Shown one piece after another: positions 21,135-34,246 of a stretch of 45,255 nt of DNA. This DNA comes from Octopus bimaculoides (Eukaryota): the NCBI RefSeq assembly GCF_001194135.2, contig NC_068983.1, positions 36,182,108 to 36,227,362 on the forward strand. Reading direction: 5' to 3'. The number at the start of each line of letters is the position of its first letter. The first letter of the stretch is position 1. The notes beneath the pieces were generated by a model. It was given only the letters and a program-made list of their open reading frames with translations, had not been told where the DNA came from and ran no database searches. The position numbers and the translations under genes were made by a program.

Positions 21135-21595
21135 CTGATGGAATCGTTAACACGCCGGAAAAATACCTAGCGGTATTTCGTCCGTCCTTATGTTCTAAGT
21201 TCAAATTCCGCTGAAGTCAACTTTGCCTTTCATCCTTTCGGGGTCGATAGATTAAGTACCAGTGAAACACTGGGGGTCGATGTAATTGGCAAGTCCTCTT
21301 CCCCAAAATTTCAGGCCTTGTACCTTTAGTAGAAAGTATTATTAATCTCTCCGACTCTTCCCCGCTTTTAGCTGTTAGCTTTGGCGGCGCGCCGGCAGAA
21401 TCGTTAACATGCCGGACGAAATACTTAGAGGCATTTCTTTCAGCTTTAAGTTCTCAGTTCAAATTTCACCGAGGTCAACTTTGTCTTTCATCTTGTCAGT
21501 ATTGATAAAATAAGTACTAATTGAGAACTAGGATCAATGTAATTGACTTAACCGGTCCTATAAAATTCCAGGCCTTCTATCTATAGTAGAAAGAA
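21135..21595 (+). mobile_element. Two SINE family A copies
   Basis: About 21135-21335 and 21380-21595, with B box gttcaaatt and the family body. Confidence 0.8.
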
Positions 21596-23640
21596 TATTT
21601 CTATAAACACTGATTTCTGACGATGCTCCAAGGCCAAACATATCTTGATGAGGGTACCTCTTTTAAATCGACACCTGTTTTGAGTTGGTAATCGTTCTTT
21701 CGACTCTAGAAAGATGAAAGGCAAAGGTAACTCAGGCAAGGGACATGACTAAATACCAAAAAATAATTTGGTACAGTACTCAACAGATTCTCATATCAAT
21801 TGCCTTTATTCCTGCAAATAGTTATTTTTAATTTTGACCACAACGCCACACGTGTTGGTATACAGAATGGCCGAACATAGCGACTCTCGTATTTGCTGTT
21901 TCAGCTCGGCAGCAGTTGAATGACTGAAACAAGTAAAAGAGTAATCTAGTCAAGCAACATTCGCCAGAGAATATTCAATATATTCTCCCCTAAAATAAGT
22001 CATGCTGCACATTAATACAGCGACATTCATACATGCTCCACCACGCCACACCACACAAAGACTGCATCACATCTATCCTCATTTATGACGGTTGTTTGTT
22101 TACAAACAAAAAACACCGTGTTAAGTGAATCAGTGATAAATGAATAATAGAAAATATGGGAGAAATAGGTTAGGTTCCGAGGTCCCAAGTTGTCCTGAGC
22201 ATTGTGGTTGGTTGCTGGGGTGTGCTTTTGCGGTCCAAGAAGAATCTTTGACTGAGTGCCGACCAGTGTTATCACAAATCAATCCGTGATAAGCGTAACA
22301 CGATTTACATGTGAGCGTACTATGTCATCGAGGATCGATGATGAATGAACGAGGATAGATGTAGACAGGAAAAAAAGAGACAGAACAAAACCTAGAAAAA
22401 AATTTTTAATAAATATTTGTTATGAGAACCCACAAGTGTAAGTTGCTGGTCTTCGGTCAAAATTTTTGCCCCAGAGCTTTCAAAGTTGTGACAGTTTCCA
22501 GTAATTTATTTCCACAAGGAAAAGTGGGTTACAACCAACACTACATTGGAATAATCTGGAAAACATTTTGTCTTCGTAACAAGAGCTTTTTGTAGCTCTC
22601 TCGATCGACAAAGTGACAGAATCGTTCGGGCGTCGGATAGAATGCTTCGACTCTTTGAGCTCTGAAATCATTTCCATCGAAGTTAACTTTGACTTTCATC
22701 CCTTCGGAGTCAATAAAAATGTACTAGTTCAAAGTAGCAGACTGGCAAAACAGTAAAAACGTCGGACCAAATGTCTAGTGATATTTATTCCAGCTCCTTG
22801 GGTTCTGAGTTCAAATCGCATTATGGCCTGTATGACCTGTGCTGCTTGTTTAACACAACCATTTGGCACCTTGAGTGCTTTTAGCGGATTTCTAAGGATA
22901 CCTTCCCCTTCTCTCCTACCAGAGGCTTTACAACGAGTCATAGGTTCGACCCCTCTTCCTGATTAAAAGATAAAAAAATCTATCTCCCAAACAAAACATT
23001 TTGCAAAAAAAAAAAAAAGCAATTTTGGTATCCATCTCCCACTGGACGATTGCATGATACGATCTCTTAAATCATAGTATTGCTCCTTGCTTGTAATGTG
23101 TTCACTGAGTACAGTGATATGTGGCAAATGAGTACAAAAGATTCTCAAGGAAATTAATGTGAGAGATATGGTTAACTGTGTTACCAGCATTTGAAGTTTG
23201 TAGAGGCTTCCACACTAACAAATTGATGGTATAAATTATAGCCAAGTTTAATGTTTGAGTCTGCCTCAGGTCAAGACACTGCAATTGGCTTTACAGATTT
23301 TAGGGTTTCAAAAGAAAAATCGATTATACATGGTTCGTTTTATTTCGTTTATGATTGTTAATCATGCTGCTCGGGATCGAAGACGAATGAGATAATGTTA
23401 CGAGATGGGTTAATGTAGATGACACTGTAGCTAAAGTTCGTTATTATAGGGACTCAGAAATAATGCAGATCGTTGAAAGTCTTGAGAAAGAAAATAGTGG
23501 AGAGGAAAGCAACAATGAAAATGAGAAAGAAGATGTAGCAGAAAGTATTTTTACGGATAGGTTAATTCAGTAAACGGGTAAAGTGTTAAAGTGTTCAGAA
23601 CCACACAGTTTTATAACTCCGTCTATCAATCTTCGCTCAC

Positions 23641-23989
23641 TATTACTGGAGGGTCGTTGAGATAGAGTCCTTAGGCATCTCCTCCATAAGATCCTACCAG
23701 AAGCAACTTTCCAGCTGGATCCCCAAGCTTGACAAACTGAGACTATGTATATTATCCACTCATCTCTAGGTCTCCTGCCAGTTGGCTTGGTTTAAAGAAT
23801 CCGCGTTGCGATTTTTCCTACGACATTCTAATCAGATGTCTAATCAAATGTCCGACCTTTCAATGCAGAAAAGCAGCGGTTCGACCTGGAGGTACTCCCT
23901 GGTCTCCAATTAACGATACTCTAGAGATCTTTCGGAGGAGCCCCATTTCGGCCGCTTACATTCGCGATCGTACTCTTTCGTTTATAACT
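23641..23989 (-). mobile_element. RTE-clade LINE 3' fragment
   Basis: The minus strand reads VINERVRSRM*AAEMGLLRKISRV..LQVEPLLFCIERS..GHLIR..RM..KPTGRRPR, matching RTE (Expander-like) QAAEMGFLRR..VEPLLL.IERS..GH..RM..KPTGRRP. Confidence 0.78.
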
Positions 23990-24948
23990 GAACAAGAAAT
24001 AACGAACATTTACTTGCTACAGGATAAACTAATATTAGACCAATTTAGCTTGGAAGACATTTTTGAGAGTTGACTAAAAATCGTGCAGCATAAAACCTGA
24101 CATTTGAAAATTCAGTGTCATCGACCTTTGTTCACCCAAATGAGCTCCTGCCGTCATCACTAGTTCCTGAAGAAGACAAAAGTGCAAGTTTCGCCACTAG
24201 TTCCTGTTATCTAAGTCACTTTTCAAGATGAAGGTGGGATCCTAACATTCCTCACTTTCTCATATAAAACTATATATTTTCAATGTCACTAATAGATTGG
24301 ATTTGGAAGATGTGCGTCACTATCTGCTAATTTCAGGTCCTATCTTCGGAAGCTGTAGTGATGAACTTTTTGTTTACACGATTCAACAAAATTACGAAAC
24401 CTTTGTCCTTTATTTTATATGTTCTTTTTAAAATTTCACTTGCAGTCTTTTTTCCTTCAAAACCAACTTGTATTGATTTACTGGTAAAATGAAGCCATCG
24501 GCTGTTGTATAAATGTTTTGTGTTAATCTGGTCACTAGGGATCCAACAAAACTCACTAAACTAGCGTTCCATAGTTGTCAACGATGTTGCATTAATGACG
24601 GTCGATTGCTTATGAAGTGATGAGATGAATAAATAGCACTTAAGTCTAGCAAGGGAGACTTTCTACTATCTTTAGCCTATTAGAGCAAGTTGGACTCTAA
24701 GCTACGGCGAAGGCAACAAACCCAGGAGATGGAGAACTCTAATAGAAAAGCCTAAGGTGTGTTGTTCATTAAGGTAGTAGCAAGCGTTTGCACGAACCTT
24801 TTGCTATCGGCATCTGCAAAAAGGCTGGCTGATTCTACATAAGCCTTCACCGCTGAAAACAAGTCATCGGTGTGGGTAGTCTAGTCTAACAGCCATAATA
24901 TTAACCGTTAGACCCTCATACGTCAAAGCCAATGGAAGAACCCGTTAC

Positions 24949-25290
24949 TATGTATGTATGTATGTATGTATGTATGTATGTATGTATGTATGTATGTATG
25001 TATGTATGCATGCATGTATGTATGCGTGTGTTTGAGTGTATGTATGTGTGTCCGTGTGTAAGAAAGAGGAGGAGAAATACAGTGGAGACAAGAGAACGAG
25101 GAAACGGTATTTTGTTCTGTGTAAATGCAATTGTGAATATATGTAAATTGGTACACATATGAGCTGCATATAAAACGTGTGTGTGTATGTGTGCGTGTGT
25201 CGTGTGTGTTTCTGTGTGTGTATGTGATACACGTTGTGTGTGTGTGTGTGTTGTATATGTGATGCATGTTTTGTTTGTATATGTGTGTAT
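24949..25290. repeat. (ATGT)n and (GT)n microsatellite field
   Basis: Directly visible. Confidence 0.92.
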
Positions 25291-26242
25291 TCGCGGGCAT
25301 CTATGTATAAGACTTGAGGTGGGGGGGGCGAATGTATATGTGAGTGTGAGAGTGAATGTGCGTTAACTCAGATGTCTAATAACCCAACATGCAGCTAAGC
25401 TAGTAACTCTGGACTAATTGACATTAAGTAGTGTATAAAAGTAGAAGAGGTGATGCATAGTTTACCTGTAGCAGAGCATCAACTTAGCTTACACACACAT
25501 ATATACATTAATCGATAGATCTCTCTCGATCTTTATCTTCGCTATTTTCTGCTTGATTTAGGTCAGTTTAGTAGCATATGGCGACTGGAATTACACGTTA
25601 GCCGCCACCCCGAGTCGTGCACCAGCGAGCTTTGGTAAGTGTCTTCATATTTCAAACATATATTCAACGAATAGACTTTTGAAACTTTCTTTTTGTATAT
25701 CTTCACCGACAATACTTTAGTTTCTCGTTATTTCACTTCTAACACCATCATTGTCTACATCTATATCGTTACATATACAATAAATATTCACAACTAATAA
25801 TGCTTGTAACACTGTTTAACAATTTCAAATAGCGAAGACAAACAATGATAGTTTGCTTGCACAATGGTTTCTTTGAGGGCATTTGGGTGATTGAATCAGG
25901 GATGCTTGGTGTATATTTATCGATCCTAAATGAGAGGAAAGTAAAGTGGACCTCGGTTGGATTTCGAATTTAGAAAGGATACAGAAAACCCTCAGAAAAA
26001 AAAAAGAAGTAAAAAAAAAACCCAATGAAAGTTAGTACTTTGCTTTACCATTCCTACTAATTCTTTTCGCGGGAGATACAAACAAGGCTACCTGACTTAT
26101 AAACCAGCGGGGGTCTGTGTAAAAGAGGAGTGAATATAGCGTGGCGTTCATGCCTCTCTTAAAGACAGCGAACAAACTGGAATAAAATAGCTGTCATATA
26201 ACCTGGAAAAGAAACTGTGTTGGAGACTTAATTCGCAACATC

Positions 26243-26277
<35 letters not shown>

Positions 26278-26699
26278 TACAGTGAAAGAAATGACGTAGA
26301 TGTTGTATTTTGTCATCCAAACTATAATTTACATGGATAGATGTCTGTGTGTGTAATTTCTGCTCAGTACTTTTGTGCTAGTGATGGTGTTGGTGCCAAA
26401 GATGGACAACATTGTATTTCCCCCACAATTTTAAAATATTCCAGCAAAAGAAACAAAAATATCATCCAGGGAAAATGTCTTGTAGAAAGTATTTTACAAA
26501 TTAAAAATTTTCTTTTCTCAAGTTTGTATTTCTCTCGTTTTCATATTAGTTTCCCTCGTTTTCATATGAGTAACTCCCTATCGTTAGTTGCAACACTGAC
26601 TCAAGTATTTATTTGTCGATCTCTGTTGATTGAATGTTTAAGTTACTTTTTCATGTAAAGGGACGCAACTTCAAACACAGTTTTGAACTGGTATACACA

Positions 26700-27480
26700 A
26701 GTACATAAACACACGCATGCACACACACGCATGCACACACGCATGCACACACGCATGCACACACGCATGCACACACACACATGCGCATACATACTCGCAC
26801 ACACATACCCACACGCGCACACACACACACGCACGCATGAATACACACACATATACACCACAAGGTACTCTTTTAAAATTGAATTAAAAACTCTTGACAA
26901 CATTTGGCAACATTTATTGACAAAGTAAACGCTCACTATAGAAGTAAAATCTATTTTTTGTGGCAGAAATATAATCATTATGTATGTGTGTATGCACGTA
27001 CGTACGTATGTATGTATGTATGTATGTATGTATGTATGTATGCATGTATGTATGTATCGTGTGTGTGTGTGTATGTATGTGAGTATATGCATGTGTGTGT
27101 GTACGTATGTATATACGTACGTACATATGTATGTATGTATGTATGTATATGTGTGTGTTTGTCGCGTGTGTGTGTGTCGCGTGTATGTATGTATGTGTGT
27201 ACGTATGTGTGTGTGTACGTATGTATGTGTGTGTGTAATGTGTGTGTGTGGTGTGTGTGTGGTGTGTGTGTATGCATGTATGTACGTATGTATGTGTGTA
27301 TGTATGTGTGTGTATGTATGTATCTATGTGTATGTGTATGTATGTGTGTGTATGTATGTATGTATGTGTGTATATCTGTGTATGTAGGTAGGTATGTATG
27401 TGTGTGTATGTATGCATGTATGTGTGTATGCATGTATGTGTGTGTGTGTATGTGTGTATGTATGTATTTATGTATGTATG
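26700..27480. repeat. AC-rich (26700-26850) and GT/ATGT-rich (26980-27480) microsatellite blocks
   Basis: Directly visible. Includes a 12-mer ACACACGCATGC tandem. Confidence 0.93.
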
Positions 27481-28097
27481 TCAAATCACTTCTGAGGATG
27501 ATCCCAATGTAAGTTCAATGAATACCAAGCAATAACACAAGCACTCAGAAAATCCGAGTTGGTGTCTGGTGGTTATGGAAGACCGCTGGTTGTGAGGTAC
27601 CCCTCCGGATATCAGGGAAAGGCATTGGACATTTTGCGGAGCTTTTGCTTGCGCTTGAGAACATGGAGTAAGAATCTTGCATCGGCTTGTCTTTGGATCA
27701 TGTCAATAGGGTGGAGAAAGTCAATGAGGTGTCGTACAAGTCTTATTGGACCTAAAATTTTGCACAGGTATTGTTTTGTCGGTGATGATCATACTCACCT
27801 ACGAGTTAACAACCTTCATGTATGTATGTATGTATGTATGTATGTATGTATGTATGTCATTGTTCAGCTTTATTTCAAGATTTCTTGCCAATAGAGAAAA
27901 AACCGGATTCTAACCTAGAATCAAGGCTCCATCGTTGGAATTTCAACATCAGCAACAAGATAGCTTTGTTTGTTTGTATGTATGTATGTATGTATGTATG
28001 TATGTATGTATGTATGTATGTATGTTTATGTGCAGATTTGTGTGTTTTGCTTTATGTATGTATTCTCATGCATCTAGTTGCATATGTAGACATGATC

Positions 28098-28128
<31 letters not shown>

Positions 28129-28153
28129 TGTATGTATGTATGCCTGCATATAT

Positions 28154-28778
28154 NNNNNNNNNNNNNNNNNNNNNNNNNNNNNNNNNNNNNNNNNNNNNNN
28201 NNNNNNNNNNNNNNNNNNNNNNNNNNNNNNNNNNNNNNNNNNNNNNNNNNNNNNNNNNNNNNNNNNNNNNNNNNNNNNNNNNNNNNNNNNNNNNNNNNNN
28301 NNNNNNNNNNNNNNNNNNNNNNNNNNNNNNNNNNNNNNNNNNNNNNNNNNNNNNNNNNNNNNNNNNNNNNNNNNNNNNNNNNNNNNNNNNNNNNNNNNNN
28401 NNNNNNNNNNNNNNNNNNNNNNNNNNNNNNNNNNNNNNNNNNNNNNNNNNNNNNNNNNNNNNNNNNNNNNNNNNNNNNNNNNNNNNNNNNNNNNNNNNNN
28501 NNNNNNNNNNNNNNNNNNNNNNNNNNNNNNNNNNNNNNNNNNNNNNNNNNNNNNNNNNNNNNNNNNNNNNNNNNNNNNNNNNNNNNNNNNNNNNNNNNNN
28601 NNNNNNNNNNNNNNNNNNNNNNNNNNNNNNNNNNNNNNNNNNNNNNNNNNNNNNNNNNNNNNNNNNNNNNNNNNNNNNNNNNNNNNNNNNNNNNNNNNNN
28701 NNNNNNNNNNNNNNNNNNNNNNNNNNNNNNNNNNNNNNNNNNNNNNNNNNNNNNNNNNNNNNNNNNNNNNNNNNNNNN
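28154..28778. other. Assembly gap (others at 3666-3675, 7738-7747, 29865-30440, 38538-38547, 42236-42673)
   Basis: Runs of N. Confidence 0.99.
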
Positions 28779-28827
<49 letters not shown>

Positions 28828-29082
28828 TGAATGATTGTATTTATAGAAACCATACGTTATGGAATTAAACTGTGAATATGAATATACTGAAACTGTGACC
28901 TTCACGCTTTATTTTCGAATATAGTATGTCTAGGACTACATTATGTAATGTGTCCTATCTATCTAAAAGAGTTCGGTGAGATTTCATAGACCTTTGTCGG
29001 TTATTTCTAGCGAATTAGGTGGCCACATATTTTAATGCACGTGCGTAATATGTGCACGCATGCATGGATGCACATTTGCATG

Positions 29083-29116
<34 letters not shown>

Positions 29117-29160
29117 TATAGGCTAGAAATTTTTTCTCTGTCCTTAATTACAAGTATATC

Positions 29161-29440
29161 GGAGAACCCCTTCGGTCATGAATGACCATGGGATTGCACC
29201 TAGAAAGTGACCCTCCTAGGCACAAGTCTGGGCAAGGTTGTTTATGGGAGACTAGCAGTCGCCCATGCATACCAGCCTCCCCTTTCCACGCCACCGATGT
29301 TATCCAAGGGAAAGGCAAAGGCCGATACAGCTTGGCATCAGTGACGTAACAACTCATTTTTACAGCTGAGCGAACTAGAGCAACGTGAAATAAAGTGTCT
29401 TGCTCAAGAACACAACACGCAGCCCGATCCGGGATTCGAA
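29161..29440 (-). mobile_element. SINE with the family C core but a different 3' half
   Basis: Minus strand TTCGAATCCC (B box)..gttcttgagcaagacactttatttcacgttgctctagttcgctcagctg, then a 3' segment unlike the 9932 and 41876 copies. Confidence 0.75.
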
Positions 29441-29611
29441 GTCATATATATGCATGCATGTGCGTACGTATGTATGTATATACGTATGTTCGTGTGTATG
29501 TTTGCATGTATGTATGCATACATGTATGAATGCATGCATGTATGTATACATTTTGTATTTATATATATGTTTGTGTGTGGGTGTGTGGGTGTATATACAT
29601 ATACTTACACA

Positions 29612-29642
<31 letters not shown>

Positions 29643-29831
29643 GTATATGTATATACCAATGCTAAAAGTTCTTAATCTTTTTCTGACTTCGTGGCGCACA
29701 AGAGATTAAGCAGTAAGCAATTAGCAGCATACTGGAGATTAAATAAATGAATGAAAAACAAAAAAACAAACAAATCACTGGCTCACTTCACATAGAAAAT
29801 TTAACAAAACTATATCTTGAAGGTAAAATTA

Positions 29832-29864
<33 letters not shown>

Positions 29865-30454
29865 NNNNNNNNNNNNNNNNNNNNNNNNNNNNNNNNNNNN
29901 NNNNNNNNNNNNNNNNNNNNNNNNNNNNNNNNNNNNNNNNNNNNNNNNNNNNNNNNNNNNNNNNNNNNNNNNNNNNNNNNNNNNNNNNNNNNNNNNNNNN
30001 NNNNNNNNNNNNNNNNNNNNNNNNNNNNNNNNNNNNNNNNNNNNNNNNNNNNNNNNNNNNNNNNNNNNNNNNNNNNNNNNNNNNNNNNNNNNNNNNNNNN
30101 NNNNNNNNNNNNNNNNNNNNNNNNNNNNNNNNNNNNNNNNNNNNNNNNNNNNNNNNNNNNNNNNNNNNNNNNNNNNNNNNNNNNNNNNNNNNNNNNNNNN
30201 NNNNNNNNNNNNNNNNNNNNNNNNNNNNNNNNNNNNNNNNNNNNNNNNNNNNNNNNNNNNNNNNNNNNNNNNNNNNNNNNNNNNNNNNNNNNNNNNNNNN
30301 NNNNNNNNNNNNNNNNNNNNNNNNNNNNNNNNNNNNNNNNNNNNNNNNNNNNNNNNNNNNNNNNNNNNNNNNNNNNNNNNNNNNNNNNNNNNNNNNNNNN
30401 NNNNNNNNNNNNNNNNNNNNNNNNNNNNNNNNNNNNNNNNTATATATATATACA

Positions 30455-30621
30455 TACATACATATATACTACGGGCTTCTTTCAGTTTCCATCTACCAAA
30501 TCCACTCATAAGGCTTTGGTCGGCCCGAGGCTATAGTAGAAGACACTTGCCCAAGGTGCCACGCAGTGGGACTGAACCCGGAACCATGTGGTTGGTAAGC
30601 AAGCTACTTATCACACAGCCA
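30455..30621 (-). mobile_element. SINE family B 5' half
   Basis: Reverse complement of the family B head. Runs into an N gap. Confidence 0.88.
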
Positions 30622-31269
30622 CTAGGAATTGTTTTCAAAAAATTGTTAAAATATTTTGTGTATTGTAGAAGTGTAACCAATTTATTGCACATAAAATGTA
30701 ACAACAAAACTTTATACGAACCTTCAGGGATCACGTGGACCCTGGTTGAGAGCCCTTGACTTATGACGCTGGTGCATTTTTCTTCACCAATTTTGTTTTG
30801 TTGATTATTTCTGATTATCGCTAGAAGATAATTATGCCAATATCAGGATCTCTTGGAGAGAATGATAGCATCGCTTGTTGATGTCATCTCCAAGTCCGTA
30901 GGACGGTCTTGAACTCAACATGGCAGGCGAATGAAACACTCGTTATTTGTTCAAAACTCTTACTACTTTCGTCAGTTTGTTGACGTGGTCTGTAGCAGAA
31001 ATAAATAAATTTATTAAATAGACAAACACCTTCTCATCTCTCCTAGCCTCGACTCAGTGAAAGATAGAGGATATACCAACTGGAAGGAAAGAAGGCTGCA
31101 CTAACACTAAGTTGGTTTTTCATTTTCAGCAGAATAGTCTGGGATAGCGTGAAATTGAGTGCCTTGCTCAAGGACACACCACGCCGTCCAGTCTAGGAAT
31201 CGAATGCATAACCTTATGATCATGAGATCAACACTCTAATTCCTAGGTAGAAGAGACCAGCTGAAATAT

Positions 31270-31750
31270 TTGATATAATGCTAACGACTTGATACTGCTC
31301 ATCATGATCAGGTATCGTCTGCTCTCATCTAGTTGAATCGTCATCTCTTTTTTTCTTGCCCTTATAATCCAGTGTATTTATGTCTGTGCAGTCCTTGACA
31401 TTATTTATCTACATATTCGGTTTTCTATCCCTTTTGCCTTGATTAGCAGTCTCAGAAAATGATTTCTTTTTAATTAAATGCCCAAACTTTGTTTAGTTTT
31501 CTCTTTTTGTTGTTGTCTAATAAAATTTTCTTTGATTTTTTGTTTGTCTTTTTTAGGACTTCGTTATTGGATATGAGTTCTGTTTATGATATTCTCAAAA
31601 GTCTTCTTAATGCTCACATCTCAAAAGCTTGTAACATATTTGATAATGCTTTTGTAATGTCCTTGTTTCAACTCCATATAGTAGAGTATATCATACATAA
31701 CATTTTAACCGTCTTTTACTGCTTCACTAGTATTGCATAATATTACTGCA
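31270..31750 (-). mobile_element. RTE (BovB-like) LINE 3' fragment, degraded
   Basis: The minus strand reads KRRLKCYV*YTLLYGVETRTL/..QAFEM*ALRRLLRIS*TE..NEVL, matching RTE LKCY.WS.LLYG.ETWT..AFEMW..RR.LRISW. Confidence 0.75.
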
Positions 31751-31769
31751 TAAGCCTAGCGACAGGTCA

Positions 31770-32700
31770 CGAATCATTAATCATTCTGCAAATAGTTTGA
31801 CACAGAACCCATGCAACCAGTTCTACTATATTAGTTTCTTATGTATCATAATCAAAAGTTGTCTCTTCTAGGGTCTCTCAGATGACAAAGTCTTTGACTG
31901 GATATCGGAAAACAAACGATAGGGTCAACGGTTCATATCTTATTTTCGGAACTGAAACACATACTTATGATGCTGTATTCTATCAGTGACATTAGAATCA
32001 TATTTTGTATCTCGCTTCAGAGTATGGTTATGGTATCTGGAATTTCTATCAAATCAAAAACATTCGATTCTATTTCACACGCGTGTGGAACATGACCGAT
32101 TTATTTATTCATTGCAATCTAGTTAGGCTTTGATTAACTATGCTGTCACATGTCTGACAGTTTTCTTACTTAAAAGTTGTTCATTACATATTTAAACTCT
32201 TTTCTACCCAACCGCTTGTTCAGAAGTGATGTGATTGTTTCTCACAATACTCTTGGAGAAACTTTTCAGACAGGTTGTGCGCCTTTTATACAAAAGATTC
32301 TGGTATGTAATTAGCTGGTAGTTTTTCGCTTAGCGATTGGCATTGTTTTCTGGATGTCAGTTTTGTTTCTGCCACTACCAAACAGTTTGGTATGTTTATT
32401 ACTCCAATAAGAGCCTGTTGGTAATGATCAATAAGACATACAGAAGGTCAGTTTTTTTGTACCAATGTCCGACATCAAGTCTCTTCCCGATACTTTCCTA
32501 TCCTGAGGTTCTTAAATCACAGTCTCTGATACTTTGTTCTTGGTTAAATACAGAAGCAATACTTCTATCGGATTTCTTCAAGCTACCCAATATTCTAATA
32601 AACTCCTTTGACTTCACTGAATTGTTTTTTTTTTTTATTCCAGAGGATGTTTGAATCTTCCCGAGAAGAACCCTCTTTGACATTGACAAATTTTTCGCTC
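31770..32700 (-). mobile_element. Old R4-clade-like reverse transcriptase remnant
   Basis: The minus strand carries G.WYKK, AKNYQLITYQNLLYK (about 32285-32329), EQAVG, EQLL..K, VPH and FCVKLF in the order expected for the RT, with many stops. Confidence 0.6.
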
Positions 32701-32770
32701 ATATTTGAAAACTGCTGATTGGTTTCGATTAAGGACGTTTCCTGTTGATGCCAGGGTCTTAAAGGCTTTA

Positions 32771-32772
<2 letters not shown>

Positions 32773-32838
<66 letters not shown>

Positions 32839-32889
32839 GCACACACACACACATATACATGCATACGTATGTATGTATGTATGTATGTA
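32773..32889. repeat. (AC)n-(ATGT)n microsatellite
   Basis: Directly visible. Confidence 0.95.
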
Positions 32890-33738
32890 TACTAGGTGCA
32901 TTCCAAAGGTTTTGACTTTTTAAAGAGAGGCAGTTATAAATGCTCTAGATTATTGTAACTTTAGTATATCATTACCATGCATCAATTAAGTTGACTAGCC
33001 AACTTTTGTTATTCCAGATTGAAGGAGACGGCTGTAGCAGCACTTTGAACTCACCCTACTAAACACTGCTTGTCACAACTGACTAGTTTGCAGGAAAACA
33101 ATTTGAAAGCTCGCTATGCAATAAAGTTTTGTGTTAAACGAGACAAAAACACTATAGAAACTTATGAAATGCTCCAGACTGGTCATGGATTAACTTGTAT
33201 GAATCGAGCATCTGTTTTTCGCTAGCACAAGAGGCCAGGCAAAGCAAAACAACCGGGGAATTCATAACGATCTCCCTTTTTTGGAAGCAAAGTCATCATC
33301 TACATCGACTGGGTTCTCTCTAGCCAGACGGCCAACAAAAACACTTTGTGGAGGTTTTGAGGGAGTTCAGGAAGAGATTTCGTCGCAAAAGGCTTGAATA
33401 CCTGCACCAATCCAAAATTCCATCCTGGTAATCAATTACTTGACAGAGATGGGCATCAAAACTATACCTCAGCCTCCTTACAGTTCAGACATTGCTTCCT
33501 GCGATTTTTGGTTGCTCCCCAAACGGAAGGAGAAAATGAAGGCAGCTGTTACAAGGGTCCTGAACACCTTTACGTAGGAGGACTTCCATGGAGCCTTCAC
33601 GAAGTGGCCAGAGCACTACCACAAGGGCACTGAAGTCAGAAGATCCCATTTTGAAGGAGATTAGACTTTTGTACTTCTTTGAAATTAATAAATACCTCTC
33701 CTGAAAAATCTTATAACTTCTGGAGTGCACCTGGTGTA
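32888..33738 (+). mobile_element. Second mariner, internally deleted (~850 bp), both TIRs present
   Basis: Left TATACTAGGTGCATTCCAAAGGTT versus right (reverse complement) TACACCAGGTGCACTCCAGAAGTT (19/24). Peptide remnants ARYAIKFCVK..ETYEML, PQPPYSSDIASCDFWL and HFEGD*. Confidence 0.85.
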
Positions 33739-34246
33739 TATGTGTGCGTGCGTGCGTATGCCCGTGCGCGCGCGTATGTATGCGTGCGTGTGTGTATAAT
33801 TTTATTACGAGGATTCATAAGAATCAAGGTACATCAACTTGTAGGACGCCAAAAGTGGCTAGGCACTATAACTCAGTGAAATAAACAACATTGAAGACAT
33901 CAAGTGTTGCTAGGATACCGTAGATAGGCCAGTGCTAAATCCAGTTTAAACCTTAGATCCGACTTAAGGGTGGGTCCTTGGTGTGGTCTAGGTATAAAAG
34001 GTAAACACAAATGACGTTTGTTTCGGTAGAATTTTATTTATTTAATGCGGTCATAAACGATGATATAATCCACCATCACCAGGTAAAATTTTAAACAGGT
34101 AAGATTTTAAACATCGACCTGGACATAACCAACATTAGTTACTGAATATGTATGTAAACAACGATTTTTACTACAAAATGGAAGGGACCACATAGAACCT
34201 TGATGCCAGTGACCGTTCCACAAAACATTCCAAGCAAGGCGTTTCA

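Noticed and set aside
23340-23560. Acidic peptide (WVNVDD..EESNNENEKED) like a pogo/Tigger C-terminus
   Set aside because: Too short and low-complexity to classify; no TIR seen.
27822-30536. Long ORFs of 217-348 aa (also 42084-42801)
   Set aside because: Their length comes from N gaps translated as X.
33993-34111. TATAAAAG followed by two AG|GTAA donors
   Set aside because: The donors are part of a 16-bp local duplication, and no coding frame or downstream exon was found.
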